From a virus (Duplodnaviria; Caudoviricetes), in IMG/VR virus record IMGVR_UViG_3300011335_000330, positions 1 through 28,645 of that record: a stretch of DNA of 28,645 bases. One strand, written 5' to 3'. The position numbers were made by a program, and so were the translations under genes. Below are positions 1 to 9,589 of this stretch, piece by piece. The notes beneath the pieces were generated by a model. That model ran no database searches. It saw only the letters and a program-made list of their open reading frames with translations, and was not told where the DNA came from. Positions within the stretch are counted from its first letter, which is position 1. The number at the start of each line of letters is the position of its first letter.

Positions 1-123
1 TGTAAAAGGTAGGTAAGTTGTTTCATAGCCAAGATCGTATCCTTTTGTCTTACAGAGGTTGTTGAAGTTGGTCTCTAACTTGGATCGGTGCTTCCTCAAA
101 GGCCTCTTTAAGCTGCGCTTCAT
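1..123 (-). CDS. T7 endonuclease I-like Holliday junction resolvase, N-terminal part (runs off the window edge)
   Basis: Not in the ORF track. Manual translation from ATG at 123 gives MKRSLKRPLRKHRSKLETNFNNLCKTKGYDLGYETTYLPFT. The RSxLE...YE pattern is typical of T7 gp3-like proteins. It follows the exonuclease gene and overlaps it by 74 nt. Confidence 0.7.
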   Translation of the reverse strand, partial: MKRSLKRPLRKHRSKLETNFNNLCKTKGYDLGYETTYLPFT

Positions 124-781
124 TGGGTGGTTCCCATATCTGGTTAAGGGCTCTCCAGACCCAAAGAAGCTTACAGTTGCTGTGTAGCCTCTCATCGTCG
201 TTATAAGCCTTCTTACAGGCGTTATAGTACTCTTCTGGCAGTAACCCCTCAAGAATCTTCCCAGCCTTCACAGGGCCTATTCCAGCCAGTCCTATGACGT
301 TATCTGTCCTGTCTCCTGTAAGGACTTGGGTATAGAAGTTCTTTAGCCCCTCATTGGGGGATACCTTAGTTAGAAGCTTCTTGACGAAGTTGTAGTGTAG
401 TCCTGGTACTTGTAAAAGGTCTTTGTCTATAGAGCAAATGACCGTGCCAGCTTCTTTTTGATCCATCCCTAGACCGTCATCTGCCTCATACCCTTGGCAG
501 GTTATGGCCCCCCACTGTGTTACTAGGAACTCCTTGGTAGCATCCAGGTGAATTGGACGAACTACGTCTTTCCTGTTTGCCTTGTACTCAGGGTTTACCT
601 TGAGCCTGAAGTTGTCTTCCCTCTTTCCTGAGATAAATACCTTGTGTCCTGTGGCTTGTACTTCTTCCATCATGTCGTTGAGCATGATGTTAGCCCGCAT
701 AAAGGCTATATCTACATCCTCAGTCTCAGCAGATGCTGCACAACGGTAAGCTACAATGTCTCCGTCTACTAAAGCAAGCAT
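50..781 (-). CDS. 5'-3' exonuclease (T7 gp6 / FEN-like)
   Basis: Motifs LVDGDIVAY, YKANR, EADD, SIDKDLLQVPG and GDRTDNVIGLAGIGPVKA (H3TH). Start moved to ATG 781, which follows a GGGAGG RBS. Confidence 0.93.
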   Translation of the reverse strand: MLALVDGDIVAYRCAASAETEDVDIAFMRANIMLNDMMEEVQATGHKVFISGKREDNFRLKVNPEYKANRKDVVRPIHLDATKEFLVTQWGAITCQGYEADDGLGMDQKEAGTVICSIDKDLLQVPGLHYNFVKKLLTKVSPNEGLKNFYTQVLTGDRTDNVIGLAGIGPVKAGKILEGLLPEEYYNACKKAYNDDERLHSNCKLLWVWRALNQIWEPPNEAQLKEAFEEAPIQVRDQLQQPL

Positions 782-808
782 GTTGTTTCCCTCCCTAGTT
801 GTTGTGTT

Positions 809-842
809 GCCCAACCAGTCACCCGTGGGTGCCTGATTGGGC
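809..842 (-). other. Intergenic mRNA stem-loop (processing, stability or weak terminator)
   Basis: Minus strand GCCCAATCAG-G-CACC-CACG-GGTG-A-CTGGTTGGGC. A G-U pair forms only on the coding strand. No U-tract follows. Confidence 0.5.
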
Positions 843-853
843 TGTTTGTGTTG

Positions 854-1396
854 CTAGGCTGCTGCTTTAGTTGCTGCTGCTACTGCCTTATCTTCTACTT
901 CTGTCTCTGCTTTAGCTGCTGCTAGATCCAGATCACCTGCTGTATAGGCTTCAAAACTACGAGCCATACGGATAACCAGGGTAGATGTAGCGTCATCCAG
1001 ATCAAAGGCTTTACCACCTCTTGCTCCTATGTACAGATCAGTAGCACGAGCCAGAGCGTTCTGACGAACTATAGAACGATCTCCGTGCAATGGAGGAATA
1101 GGAAACACTTTGTTGCTGTACCCACCACCACTGCTCGATTTGATACTAGTAACACTAGCAACAGCAACAGCCCCTGGTGCCCCTTTTGCTGTCACTACAA
1201 TGTTCTTTTCCTCCACCCCATACTTACCTTCTTCGCCATCAAACTCAATGGTGTCTCCTACGTTGCAAGGTGGCTTCTTAAATCCGTGTTTAACCCAGTT
1301 GCCATCTACCTTCAAAGAGTAGGTGGGTTTAACACCAAACTTCGTGGTTACATCTTTAGTAGCCAGTTGTTCTACAACACCGTTCATTGCACTCAT
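854..1396 (-). CDS. Putative single-stranded DNA-binding protein
   Basis: Lies between polymerase and exonuclease. Beta-rich OB-fold-like N-terminus (GDTIEFD), a Gly/Ala/Ser linker and a helical C-terminus. Function inferred mainly from synteny. Confidence 0.5.
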   Translation of the reverse strand: MSAMNGVVEQLATKDVTTKFGVKPTYSLKVDGNWVKHGFKKPPCNVGDTIEFDGEEGKYGVEEKNIVVTAKGAPGAVAVASVTSIKSSSGGGYSNKVFPIPPLHGDRSIVRQNALARATDLYIGARGGKAFDLDDATSTLVIRMARSFEAYTAGDLDLAAAKAETEVEDKAVAAATKAAA

Positions 1397-3393
1397 ATTG
1401 TTCTCTCTTTCATTTCAAACCAATTTTTACCTACTGAACACCCTGCACTAAGCTTCAGGGCCAGCGGCTTATCAAACGTCTTCTCATAAAACAGATGTGT
1501 ATTGTTTAGAACATGTGCTATCTCCTTTATAGTTTTATCAATAATCTTTTCATCTCCAAATATATCAAACAATATGGAGTCATGTACTGTATTAACAAGC
1601 TTAAGTCCTACAGTATCTTTAAACTTTCTGAACAGAACACCTAGCATCATTGGCACAATGTCACCTGTAGCTAAGCCTTGTACTGGGTAGTTCTTTAGTT
1701 CTGTAGGGCTGTACCCATACTCTGGTCTGGAAGAATACCCAGAGTCTGCGTACTTGTTCTTGTATTGTTTGAAACAATATATTCTGCTTGTCTCACTCTT
1801 GTGGAGCCAGGTTTTAATAAGTTCGTATCCACTATCAGCAACAAAGTGTATCCCTTCTAGTGCAGCTTGAAGCTGTATTTGTTCGTTCCAAGCTTGTACT
1901 CCTGGGTATCTGCCGTAGAAAGCCTCCATAAACCCCTTAGAAACGTCCAGAGTGCATCCAGCGTTGTCAGCTAGGGTCTTAGCACCAGCTCCATAGATTA
2001 AACCGAAGGTGAGCCGTTTAAACCATTTCCTCTCTTCCTTGGTTGGTTCCACGTGGAACATATCTTTGAAGAGTTCTGTGTGAATATCCTTTCCAGTACT
2101 GATGTCCTCAATTAGTTGTGGATCTTTAGTGAGGTGAGCCAGTACAGCTACTTCAAGCTGTTGGAAGTCAAACTCTACCAAACAGCCTTGAGCACCCCAT
2201 CTGGAAGTAAAGACCTTCTTGATAGGGTTGTTGCTTATGTTTTGTAGATTAGGACTAGAAGAAGACAACCGTCCTGTAGAGGTTGTTACGTGATTGAGTC
2301 TTCCGTGTATTGAATAAGCGTCTTCATCTTTGTGGTATATAACGTGTTTACTTAGACCTTGTATATATGTAGTTAGTTGTTTAGTTAGATCTCTATGCTT
2401 TAGTAATGTACTTACTACTTCTTTTACTTCTTTGTTCTTTGTTTCTTTTTCTATTACTGTTAGTACCTTCTCATCTACTGAGACCTTGCCAGTCTTCTCA
2501 CTCTTCCATTCATCCAGAGGGACTATGTCACAAAAGGCAGAGGTCTTGACTTCAGTGGTGACCTTCTTGGTTTTAACCTTACCATTTTTATAGAGCCCTA
2601 TAACTTCTTTAGTATCTACCTTCTTGGTTCCACCAAACAAAAGTTTGCTCCACTGAGTAGGACTAGCTACATCATCCAAAGGATAGAGTGTTTTATCTAA
2701 AACTACTGCTGCTACGTTATCTTTAAGTTTTTGTTCATTGTCTGCAAAGGTTACAGCTACTTCAGCAGCGTAGTTTTTGTAGTAGTCCATATCAATGTTC
2801 AAGCCGTTGTACATCATCTCAGTCGTACAGTGCAAAGCTTCCATTTGACTGATGATTAGGTTCAATTGACCTGACTCAATAGCCTGCTCAATTTGTTTTA
2901 GAGCTATCTGTTCTGTGTTTATAACGTCCCTAGCTAGATACTCTCGTAACAGATCCAAAGGAATCCTGTCAGATCCAATGCCTTTATCAAAGTAACTTGT
3001 TACCGCAGCATCTTTGACAGGTAAGCCATACTTAACAGACATGCTATCCAAGGAAGGATACTTACTCTGTTGCGCTGTAAGTAGATACTCAGCTATCTGT
3101 ATGTCCCACAATCTTTTACTTTGTAGTTGATGTTTTATTCGTAAAGATCCTGGGTACATATACAACAAGTCAAAAGAAATATTGCACCCAACAATAAAAT
3201 CAATGTCATTGTTATAGAGTTGTTCATAAAGATTGCTTTCCCACAACTCTGGGCCGTAGCACTGTGGGCCCGATTGCCCAGTAATTCGTGTTCCTAGTAA
3301 CACAATGTAGTTATCTGGGTGCATTGGATGAGCTTTATCCAAGTCTCCCGGAGCGTTCATAGTTGTCTCTACGTCTAAAGTGAGTAGTTTCAC
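1393..3393 (-). CDS. polA: DNA polymerase, family A, with 3'-5' exonuclease domain
   Basis: Exo motifs LDVETT, NISFDL and YLARDV; TSTGRLSSSSPNLQN; motif A DFQQLEV; motif B RKWFKRLTFGLIYG; NYPVQG; motif C VHDS. GTG start overlaps the upstream stop. Confidence 0.97.
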   Translation of the reverse strand: MKLLTLDVETTMNAPGDLDKAHPMHPDNYIVLLGTRITGQSGPQCYGPELWESNLYEQLYNNDIDFIVGCNISFDLLYMYPGSLRIKHQLQSKRLWDIQIAEYLLTAQQSKYPSLDSMSVKYGLPVKDAAVTSYFDKGIGSDRIPLDLLREYLARDVINTEQIALKQIEQAIESGQLNLIISQMEALHCTTEMMYNGLNIDMDYYKNYAAEVAVTFADNEQKLKDNVAAVVLDKTLYPLDDVASPTQWSKLLFGGTKKVDTKEVIGLYKNGKVKTKKVTTEVKTSAFCDIVPLDEWKSEKTGKVSVDEKVLTVIEKETKNKEVKEVVSTLLKHRDLTKQLTTYIQGLSKHVIYHKDEDAYSIHGRLNHVTTSTGRLSSSSPNLQNISNNPIKKVFTSRWGAQGCLVEFDFQQLEVAVLAHLTKDPQLIEDISTGKDIHTELFKDMFHVEPTKEERKWFKRLTFGLIYGAGAKTLADNAGCTLDVSKGFMEAFYGRYPGVQAWNEQIQLQAALEGIHFVADSGYELIKTWLHKSETSRIYCFKQYKNKYADSGYSSRPEYGYSPTELKNYPVQGLATGDIVPMMLGVLFRKFKDTVGLKLVNTVHDSILFDIFGDEKIIDKTIKEIAHVLNNTHLFYEKTFDKPLALKLSAGCSVGKNWFEMKERTI

Positions 3394-3551
3394 TTCTCTT
3401 CCTTTCTCAAAGGCGTTGCTTTTTTACGTTCTTCTTCTAGTTGTTTTAGTCTATCTCTTGCTATCTGTTGCCTGTACGTTATTGGTGTTACGTTTTTTAG
3501 TGTTGTTGGATCAGGCAGATGCTCTTTGTACCACTTGTCCATAGATGTCAT
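3390..3551 (-). CDS. Hypothetical protein, 53 aa
   Basis: Not in the ORF track. MTSMDKWYKEHLPDP...PLRKEEK, with an AAGGA RBS. Its TGA overlaps the polymerase GTG (GTGA coupling), and it fills the gap between genes. Confidence 0.7.
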   Translation of the reverse strand: MTSMDKWYKEHLPDPTTLKNVTPITYRQQIARDRLKQLEEERKKATPLRKEEK

Positions 3552-3571
3552 TTGTTGTCCTTAGTTTTTTA

Positions 3572-4837
3572 CTACTCATATCTAGCCCTACGAGCATCTA
3601 TCTTTACAATATATTGCCCGTGTCGTTCACTTTCTATTTGGTACTTACCTCCACCAGGTAGTTTGTTCTTAGGAATATTTATAGTTCTAAGAATATGTTC
3701 CTCAGGTGTAGTTGGTGCCTGATACTTACCAATAGTAATAATAGCGTCAGCTTCACCAGGTTTGTCTGTCTTGGAACCTCTGAGGGAATCCATGCCTATG
3801 AAGGCAGGATCTTTCATTGTATCCACATTACCAGCAAGTTGACTAGCTGCTATTACAGGCCCGTACTCACGAGCACACTCCCTGCCCCATTTGTATATGC
3901 GTCCTAGCCTAAGGTCTTCTCTGTCTTCCTTGTGAAACCCATACACCTTATCCAGTGTGTCAAAGATAATCATTCCTGGATTAACATCTTTAAACAACGC
4001 AGATAAGTTCTTAACGTCGTTGATATCACCTTTAGTGATGATAACTTTTTTAGCGTTACCCCCCATATAGGCTGTGTACTCTTCCATAACCTTGCCCTTG
4101 TCAGCTACCAGCTCCGCTGATGTCTTACCAAGAGCCGCTTGAACCACTCTGAAGAACACCATCTCAGACTCTTCTTCGTTGTTGACCCAGACTATTGGCC
4201 TGTCTTTTGGGATCTGTGGAGCTATAAAGCTTGCCTCACTAGCTAGGAAGGTTGTCTTACCTACCTCAACACGAGCCGCCACAATAACGAAGTTCCCAGT
4301 ACGGAGAAGACCAAGGCTACGATTAAGAGCCATAAGTCTCCACTCATAGCCAGTCGATACAATACGATCAACAATAGTACTGATGTCAGGAATAACGAAC
4401 ATCTCATCTTTATCAACATACCGTTCAACATTTCTTAGAGCCTCTATTGTTAATGAATTAATTGCTTCTATGTTTGAAGCACCCTCACGTACTTTTACAC
4501 ACTCGTCTGCAATCCTTGCCAGGTAGTCCATTTCTATAAGGCTTTTGATTACTTCGTCGTAAGCCAAGGTTGGTTTGAAGGTCTCCATTCTTTTAATTAC
4601 CGTACGAAGAATAGAAATCTTGTCGGCTGTAAGCCGTATAGCAAACGTAGCAAACAAGTAACTACTGAAAGGCTCCCAACTGATATTAGTAACACCTGGG
4701 AAAGCTTTGTAGAAGTCTCCCATTGAGTCCAGGATTGTCACAGTCTCAGGTTGGACTACATGGTTCTTAATGTAGGGCCTGTACTTGTAGTAGTTACCTC
4801 TTGTTTCAGCGCATAAGAACAGTATGTCAAAGTCCAC
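3572..4837 (-). CDS. Replicative DNA helicase (DnaB / T7 gp4-like, SF4)
   Basis: Walker A AARVEVGKTT, NNEE, Walker B-like IIFDTLDKV, ASQL, KPGEADAII and KNK. Adjacent to the primase gene. Confidence 0.92.
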   Translation of the reverse strand: MDFDILFLCAETRGNYYKYRPYIKNHVVQPETVTILDSMGDFYKAFPGVTNISWEPFSSYLFATFAIRLTADKISILRTVIKRMETFKPTLAYDEVIKSLIEMDYLARIADECVKVREGASNIEAINSLTIEALRNVERYVDKDEMFVIPDISTIVDRIVSTGYEWRLMALNRSLGLLRTGNFVIVAARVEVGKTTFLASEASFIAPQIPKDRPIVWVNNEEESEMVFFRVVQAALGKTSAELVADKGKVMEEYTAYMGGNAKKVIITKGDINDVKNLSALFKDVNPGMIIFDTLDKVYGFHKEDREDLRLGRIYKWGRECAREYGPVIAASQLAGNVDTMKDPAFIGMDSLRGSKTDKPGEADAIITIGKYQAPTTPEEHILRTINIPKNKLPGGGKYQIESERHGQYIVKIDARRARYE

Positions 4838-5678
4838 AAAATCTCCTTAGCAGTTCTACTGTAAATACTTTTGGTTCTGGAACATCTCTTCTTGTTTTCT
4901 GGCTAATGTTTACATCATCTAGACAATACCTAAGTCTTTCTATTATTTTCTTTGAAGCAGTAATCCCTGGTTCATCTGGATCTAACCAGATACGAATAGT
5001 TTTATAGTGCAACTTACGTATCATTCCTATTGTGTAGTTAGAGATAGATGTTTTTAGTAACGCCAAAGACTGGTGTCCAGTGTCTCTCCGGATACGATAA
5101 GCACTGGTGTAGTCTTCAGTTATATATAAAACACGTTCTTCTTTTGGCGCAGTATTAAAAAACCAAGACACATCATCTGGTACATTTTTTGTGTAGTGTG
5201 TTGTGTACTTACTATCGCCAAGATTAAAGTGTCTTAGTTGGTACCCATACGTTTTACCACTACCACCACTGTGTAATGGTATAAACAGAGCACTACCCTT
5301 TTGTCTAAAGTACCTGTTATCTAAATGATTTGTTACTGGATTAATATAATATTTATGTAACCAATTAAGAATACGCACACTATCTATGTCATTACCATCT
5401 ACGTCATAGTCTGTGTAGCTTTCTCTATCAACAACAGGGTGGTCAGTACTCTTTCCCATCAACCACTTCCGTAAGAGAGTGCCATCAGTAGATAGCTCTC
5501 TCCAGAATCCGTGATCTCGGCAGTGATGACAATACCCAAGCACACCACCGACTACACGCTTAATGTACAAGCGTTTCTTACTATCCACCCCAGCACTACA
5601 TCCCTCATGGTTCACATTGATCTGGGTACCAAGAGTGAGGGTGCTGGAGTAATCTTTTAAGAGCTGCTTATCAATCAT
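4827..5678 (-). CDS. DNA primase (Zn-binding plus TOPRIM domains)
   Basis: HEGC...CHHC zinc ligands, YQLR, and TOPRIM motifs YITEDYTSA and WLDPDEPG. Confidence 0.88.
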   Translation of the reverse strand: MIDKQLLKDYSSTLTLGTQINVNHEGCSAGVDSKKRLYIKRVVGGVLGYCHHCRDHGFWRELSTDGTLLRKWLMGKSTDHPVVDRESYTDYDVDGNDIDSVRILNWLHKYYINPVTNHLDNRYFRQKGSALFIPLHSGGSGKTYGYQLRHFNLGDSKYTTHYTKNVPDDVSWFFNTAPKEERVLYITEDYTSAYRIRRDTGHQSLALLKTSISNYTIGMIRKLHYKTIRIWLDPDEPGITASKKIIERLRYCLDDVNISQKTRRDVPEPKVFTVELLRRFCGL

Positions 5679-5681
5679 TTT

Positions 5682-6800
5682 CTATACTTTAGTTCCGTAA
5701 ATCTTACGAAACAATTCGTTAGTGACCTTTTGTTGTGTCTCAGTCAGCTTGTTCCCATAAGACAAATCAATGGCTCTCTTTATGGTGTACCCCGTAAGCA
5801 TTTTTTTGCAAACAGACTGTAGAGCACGGGGTGACATTGTAAGAGTTAGTTGATTGGAGGAATATCCTTGCCGAATAAGATTGCCAAACTTAACCAAGTT
5901 CTTAATAACATCTGTTGCCAGCTTAGGAAACTTACCCTCTAGCATCTTGCACTCAACATTTTCCAGCATGTACCCCATACGGATAGTAGTTCCAAACCTA
6001 TCCAGGGTTGCTGTGTTTTGTACGTTGGTTCCGCTGTGTGCTCCTGTGTCATCGCCCTGACCCTGGGTATTACCCAGAGCAACAATGCGAAACCTGTCTT
6101 CTGGAGTAATGAACTTCTCTTCTGAAGACCCAGGCATTTCTTTCAGGAACAGTTTCCCATCCTCTTCTAGGAGCCACTGTAGGCCCATTGTGATCTCAGG
6201 AGGGGTAACGTCCCATTCATCCCACGCAAACACGGCTCCGTAGCGTACAGCCTCTGTAGCAGTGCCATCTACCCAGAAAGTAGACCCATCTTTGGCAGCT
6301 TGTTGCCCAAAGATCATAGAACTGTCCATATCTCCTGTGCAATTCAGCCTGAAGAAAGGACGACCTGTGTGAGCACAGAGTTGCTCGACTATAGAGCTCT
6401 TACCAGCACTGGTGGGCCCATAGATAAGGATCTTATCTTTGCTCTCCCATGCCATCAGGATGTCTTTGGTAACTATCGGATCTAAGACATAGGTAGGATT
6501 TACCTTAGGTATAAACCCTCTGATACGTTCATCCCAATCTTCTGGAACATATTTAGACACTGGAAAATCAATGTCAAACTCAAGACTAGGCAACAGATCT
6601 TTTACGTACACTTGTTTTGTTTCAAGAACTGTTGAAGCAATGTATACCACTGGTTTGATTTTAACAACAGACAAAGCAACAGATTCGTCTACCTCTGCGT
6701 GTACATCCACCTCCTCAACTCCTTTACGCCGTGATATGGCGTCTTTGATTGCTGTTTTAACCAAATCTTCAACAGGAACCACTTCTGATTTAATAGTCAT
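5682..6800 (-). CDS. MoxR-family AAA+ ATPase (CobS/CbbQ/NorQ-like)
   Basis: Walker A GPTSAGKS, Walker B FAWDEWD, FRIVALGNT, ATLDRF and SPRAL. Confidence 0.92.
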   Translation of the reverse strand: MTIKSEVVPVEDLVKTAIKDAISRRKGVEEVDVHAEVDESVALSVVKIKPVVYIASTVLETKQVYVKDLLPSLEFDIDFPVSKYVPEDWDERIRGFIPKVNPTYVLDPIVTKDILMAWESKDKILIYGPTSAGKSSIVEQLCAHTGRPFFRLNCTGDMDSSMIFGQQAAKDGSTFWVDGTATEAVRYGAVFAWDEWDVTPPEITMGLQWLLEEDGKLFLKEMPGSSEEKFITPEDRFRIVALGNTQGQGDDTGAHSGTNVQNTATLDRFGTTIRMGYMLENVECKMLEGKFPKLATDVIKNLVKFGNLIRQGYSSNQLTLTMSPRALQSVCKKMLTGYTIKRAIDLSYGNKLTETQQKVTNELFRKIYGTKV

Positions 6801-8619
6801 TTAGTAACTTCCTCTCTATGAGTTCTAACAATTTAAAAGGAATATCTTCAGGCGTTGCTACTGTAGAGTGATGTTTATAAAAGCGGTTTACTGATTCATC
6901 ACACAGTCCTAAACCATAGATTTCCACTCTCTTAAACTTCTCTATCTCTTGTATTACTTTCAATGTATATGCAGCTAAATCATCACTAGGTCTACTTGCT
7001 GCTGGTTGTCCGTCAGACATTACTATCAACAATCGTTTCTTTTCTTTTCTCTTTAGCAACCTATCGTAAGACCAAAGAATACAATCTCCGTCAGGGTTGC
7101 CTCTCATCCTGCTACTGCTTGCTCCAATGTACTCTAGTAGTTTGTCTTCTGGTGTGTGTAAAGTAGAAAACTCTTTGTACACATACATTAGAGTGTCAGC
7201 ATCGTGTACGTTCTCTGTATCAGTAAAGCCTAGTATCTCTAAAGGAACATTTAATATAGAAAACACACTGTTAAGAAGCAGTGCTGCCTCACAAGCAAAC
7301 AAAACCTTGTCTCCAGACATACTTCCTGACATATCTATTAGAATAGTTACCGCAGCATCTAAAGTAGAGTTGGTTATTTTGTTTTTAAATATACGTTCTG
7401 AAAAGCCAGGTAACTTTAGAGCCAGTCTGGAAAGTCTTGGGTAGTCTAGCTTTCCTTTCTTGACTCCATATTCATACCTAACCTTGGAGCGTATCTGTAT
7501 AAGCCTACGTACTTGTTGAGCAAAGTTATCTACAGATGCAGATTTGTCTCTAACACGTAATTTAAAATTATCCTTGAAGAACCCAACTGATGGTGTATCT
7601 AATCTAAGCATCTTGGTTAGATCTTTTCTTGCAGTGTCTTTAGGATAATTAACTACAGCAAACTCATCTGGAGTAGTTGCTTTCCAGCTATCAGGTTTTC
7701 CTGAGAAGCTAACTGTGTAGAGCAAACCTACTTTGCTCATACGTTCATCTTCCCTGGCTTCGTGAGTAGAAACTAGTTTGTCTTCAATATCTAGTATCTT
7801 TACTCTGGCAATAGACCACTCGTCATCTCCCGGAGGAGCAGGTGGTGCATCTTTTTCCGGGTCATCGCTTGTTTCTTTTTTTGTATCTATTCCTTTAGGT
7901 TTATCTTCTATTGGTTCTCCTTTTTCTTCTTTCTTTTCTCCCTTTCCTTCTTCATCTGTTGCTTCTTTTTTCTTTTCTGGTTCTGGTGGTTTTCCTCCAA
8001 GAGCTTTGAGTATGTCTACTGCCAGATCGTAGGTCATCTTAGACCCAGCTTTCTTTTCTATTTCATCCTGACAAGCTAACAGCCTGGGTGTAAACCGTTC
8101 AAGGATTAGATCCAGCTTGTTATCAGTAACAAACTCTTTTCCAGCCAGCTCACAACTAGGAAACAAAGCAGCACTTGCCCCTGTATCCCACTTGATAAGA
8201 GACCTAAGAAGAATATCAAACTCAGACTTACCGCTAGTTTTTCTGTTGATGTTTTTAAGTAACCTGGGAGTAGATAGATCCCAGAGCTCCCTAAATCCCT
8301 CGTACTCTTTAGCTTCTAGAGCATTGACCCTTGAATCTTCTAGTATGTTCCAGAGGATTCCAAGGGTGCTACTAGCTGTATCCAACTTCTTTTCGTGCAA
8401 GATAGTAAAGTCTGAATACAAATCATGTGCTACCTCGTGATCTGTACTGGACATAATCTCTTGCATCTGTTCCAGCGTTGTGTGTCTGGTTATCTTTGGC
8501 AGATATATAGTTCTGCCATCATGTCTGGGACATCCTTTGTCTTCAAATACCACATTAAGAGATGCCCTACCTGCTGAAGCCTTAACGTACCTAGCTACGT
8601 CCAAGCTTTTAGTTAGCAT
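6790..8619 (-). CDS. CobT-like von Willebrand factor A protein with an N-terminal HExxH domain
   Basis: HEVAH...NILEDSRV at the N-terminus, a charged linker, GKLD, MIDAS motif DMSGSM and IVMSDGQP. Coupled to the AAA+ gene. Confidence 0.88.
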   Translation of the reverse strand: MLTKSLDVARYVKASAGRASLNVVFEDKGCPRHDGRTIYLPKITRHTTLEQMQEIMSSTDHEVAHDLYSDFTILHEKKLDTASSTLGILWNILEDSRVNALEAKEYEGFRELWDLSTPRLLKNINRKTSGKSEFDILLRSLIKWDTGASAALFPSCELAGKEFVTDNKLDLILERFTPRLLACQDEIEKKAGSKMTYDLAVDILKALGGKPPEPEKKKEATDEEGKGEKKEEKGEPIEDKPKGIDTKKETSDDPEKDAPPAPPGDDEWSIARVKILDIEDKLVSTHEAREDERMSKVGLLYTVSFSGKPDSWKATTPDEFAVVNYPKDTARKDLTKMLRLDTPSVGFFKDNFKLRVRDKSASVDNFAQQVRRLIQIRSKVRYEYGVKKGKLDYPRLSRLALKLPGFSERIFKNKITNSTLDAAVTILIDMSGSMSGDKVLFACEAALLLNSVFSILNVPLEILGFTDTENVHDADTLMYVYKEFSTLHTPEDKLLEYIGASSSRMRGNPDGDCILWSYDRLLKRKEKKRLLIVMSDGQPAASRPSDDLAAYTLKVIQEIEKFKRVEIYGLGLCDESVNRFYKHHSTVATPEDIPFKLLELIERKLLNDY

Positions 8620-9062
8620 AGTTTATAAATCTCCTCTACGTGTAGTTTCAATGACTCCTTATCAGCAGGAGTAAGTGTTTCAATGTGCTTACGAATAGAG
8701 TTACAAGCTGATATGCACCGCTTCAAATTGTCCAGTTCAACCAATTCTTTAGCCATTTTTATTTTTGTTTGAATGGTGCTCTTACCTAGTATTTCTCCGT
8801 TAGAGTCGGTGAGTTGTATCAGGTTTTGCATAGCTCCCAAAACAACACTCTTGGCTGATCTCCAGGGGTTGGGCATTGACTTCAGTTTGTATTCCGTTTT
8901 AATCAACTTCTCAACAGCTTTGAGTTCTTTAGCAAACTCTTTTGAATCAGTAAATCCAAAACTTGCTGTTGCCATCTTCGTCCAACAGTTGTCGCCACTG
9001 GCCTCACTAGCCAGACTGTTGGTTGCTGCATCGTAAAGCAGACTGCTGTGTAGTTCACTCAT
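8613..9062 (-). CDS. Hypothetical protein, 149 aa
   Basis: Overlaps neighbours at both ends; GGAGA RBS. Confidence 0.8.
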   Translation of the reverse strand: MSELHSSLLYDAATNSLASEASGDNCWTKMATASFGFTDSKEFAKELKAVEKLIKTEYKLKSMPNPWRSAKSVVLGAMQNLIQLTDSNGEILGKSTIQTKIKMAKELVELDNLKRCISACNSIRKHIETLTPADKESLKLHVEEIYKLC

Positions 9063-9250
9063 TTGGTTTCTCCAAAACGATCTCCAAGACCCAAAGCTAC
9101 TGCCAGGAATACTGCATCTTCTTTAGTAGCTAACCCAGTTGCTACACGATCCAGAGCTTTAATGCACTTCTGCTCAAATTCTATTTGGTCTTCTTCCTGT
9201 TGCGCTTGGTAGTTCTCGTTGTCGTTCAGTTCCTGCCATTGTTTACTCAT
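9059..9250 (-). CDS. Hypothetical protein, 63 aa
   Basis: AAGGAGAG RBS; ATGA coupling to the next gene. Confidence 0.75.
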   Translation of the reverse strand: MSKQWQELNDNENYQAQQEEDQIEFEQKCIKALDRVATGLATKEDAVFLAVALGLGDRFGETK

Positions 9251-9267
9251 GTCACACTCTCCTTGGT

Positions 9268-9281
9268 TGTTATCAATAACA
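9268..9281. promoter_or_regulatory. Palindromic operator-like site TGTTATCAATAACA
   Basis: Variant of the recurrent TGTTA-N4-TAACA motif. Sits in a 32-nt intergenic gap just upstream of an RBS. Confidence 0.55.
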
Positions 9282-9282
9282 T

Positions 9283-9588
9283 TTATTTCTTTCCTATCCC
9301 ATGTGCTCTCTCAACTGCTCTAGCAAATGTTTTTATGGTATTTTGTGCACCTGAATCTGTTAGCGATATATCAAACTCAGACCTGTAACATTCAAAAATC
9401 TCTTTATCCGTCAGCGGCTGCTTGGTTTCGTAACGATAGTTAGCTTTGTAACGCACGTTTTGCAGGTCCTCCGAATCCAGCGTTGCAATTGGTTTGTTGT
9501 AACGCTCCACCTGCTCTAATCTCTTTTCTAAACCGTTTACACGATCTTCAAGCCAGATTATTTGCGTCTTTGATGATGCGGGTGTCAT
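9283..9588 (-). CDS. Hypothetical phage protein, 101 aa
   Basis: C-terminal PLTDKEI...FARAVERAHGI module, a pattern I recognise from small proteins of proteobacterial phages. Confidence 0.75.
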   Translation of the reverse strand: MTPASSKTQIIWLEDRVNGLEKRLEQVERYNKPIATLDSEDLQNVRYKANYRYETKQPLTDKEIFECYRSEFDISLTDSGAQNTIKTFARAVERAHGIGKK

Positions 9589-9589
9589 T

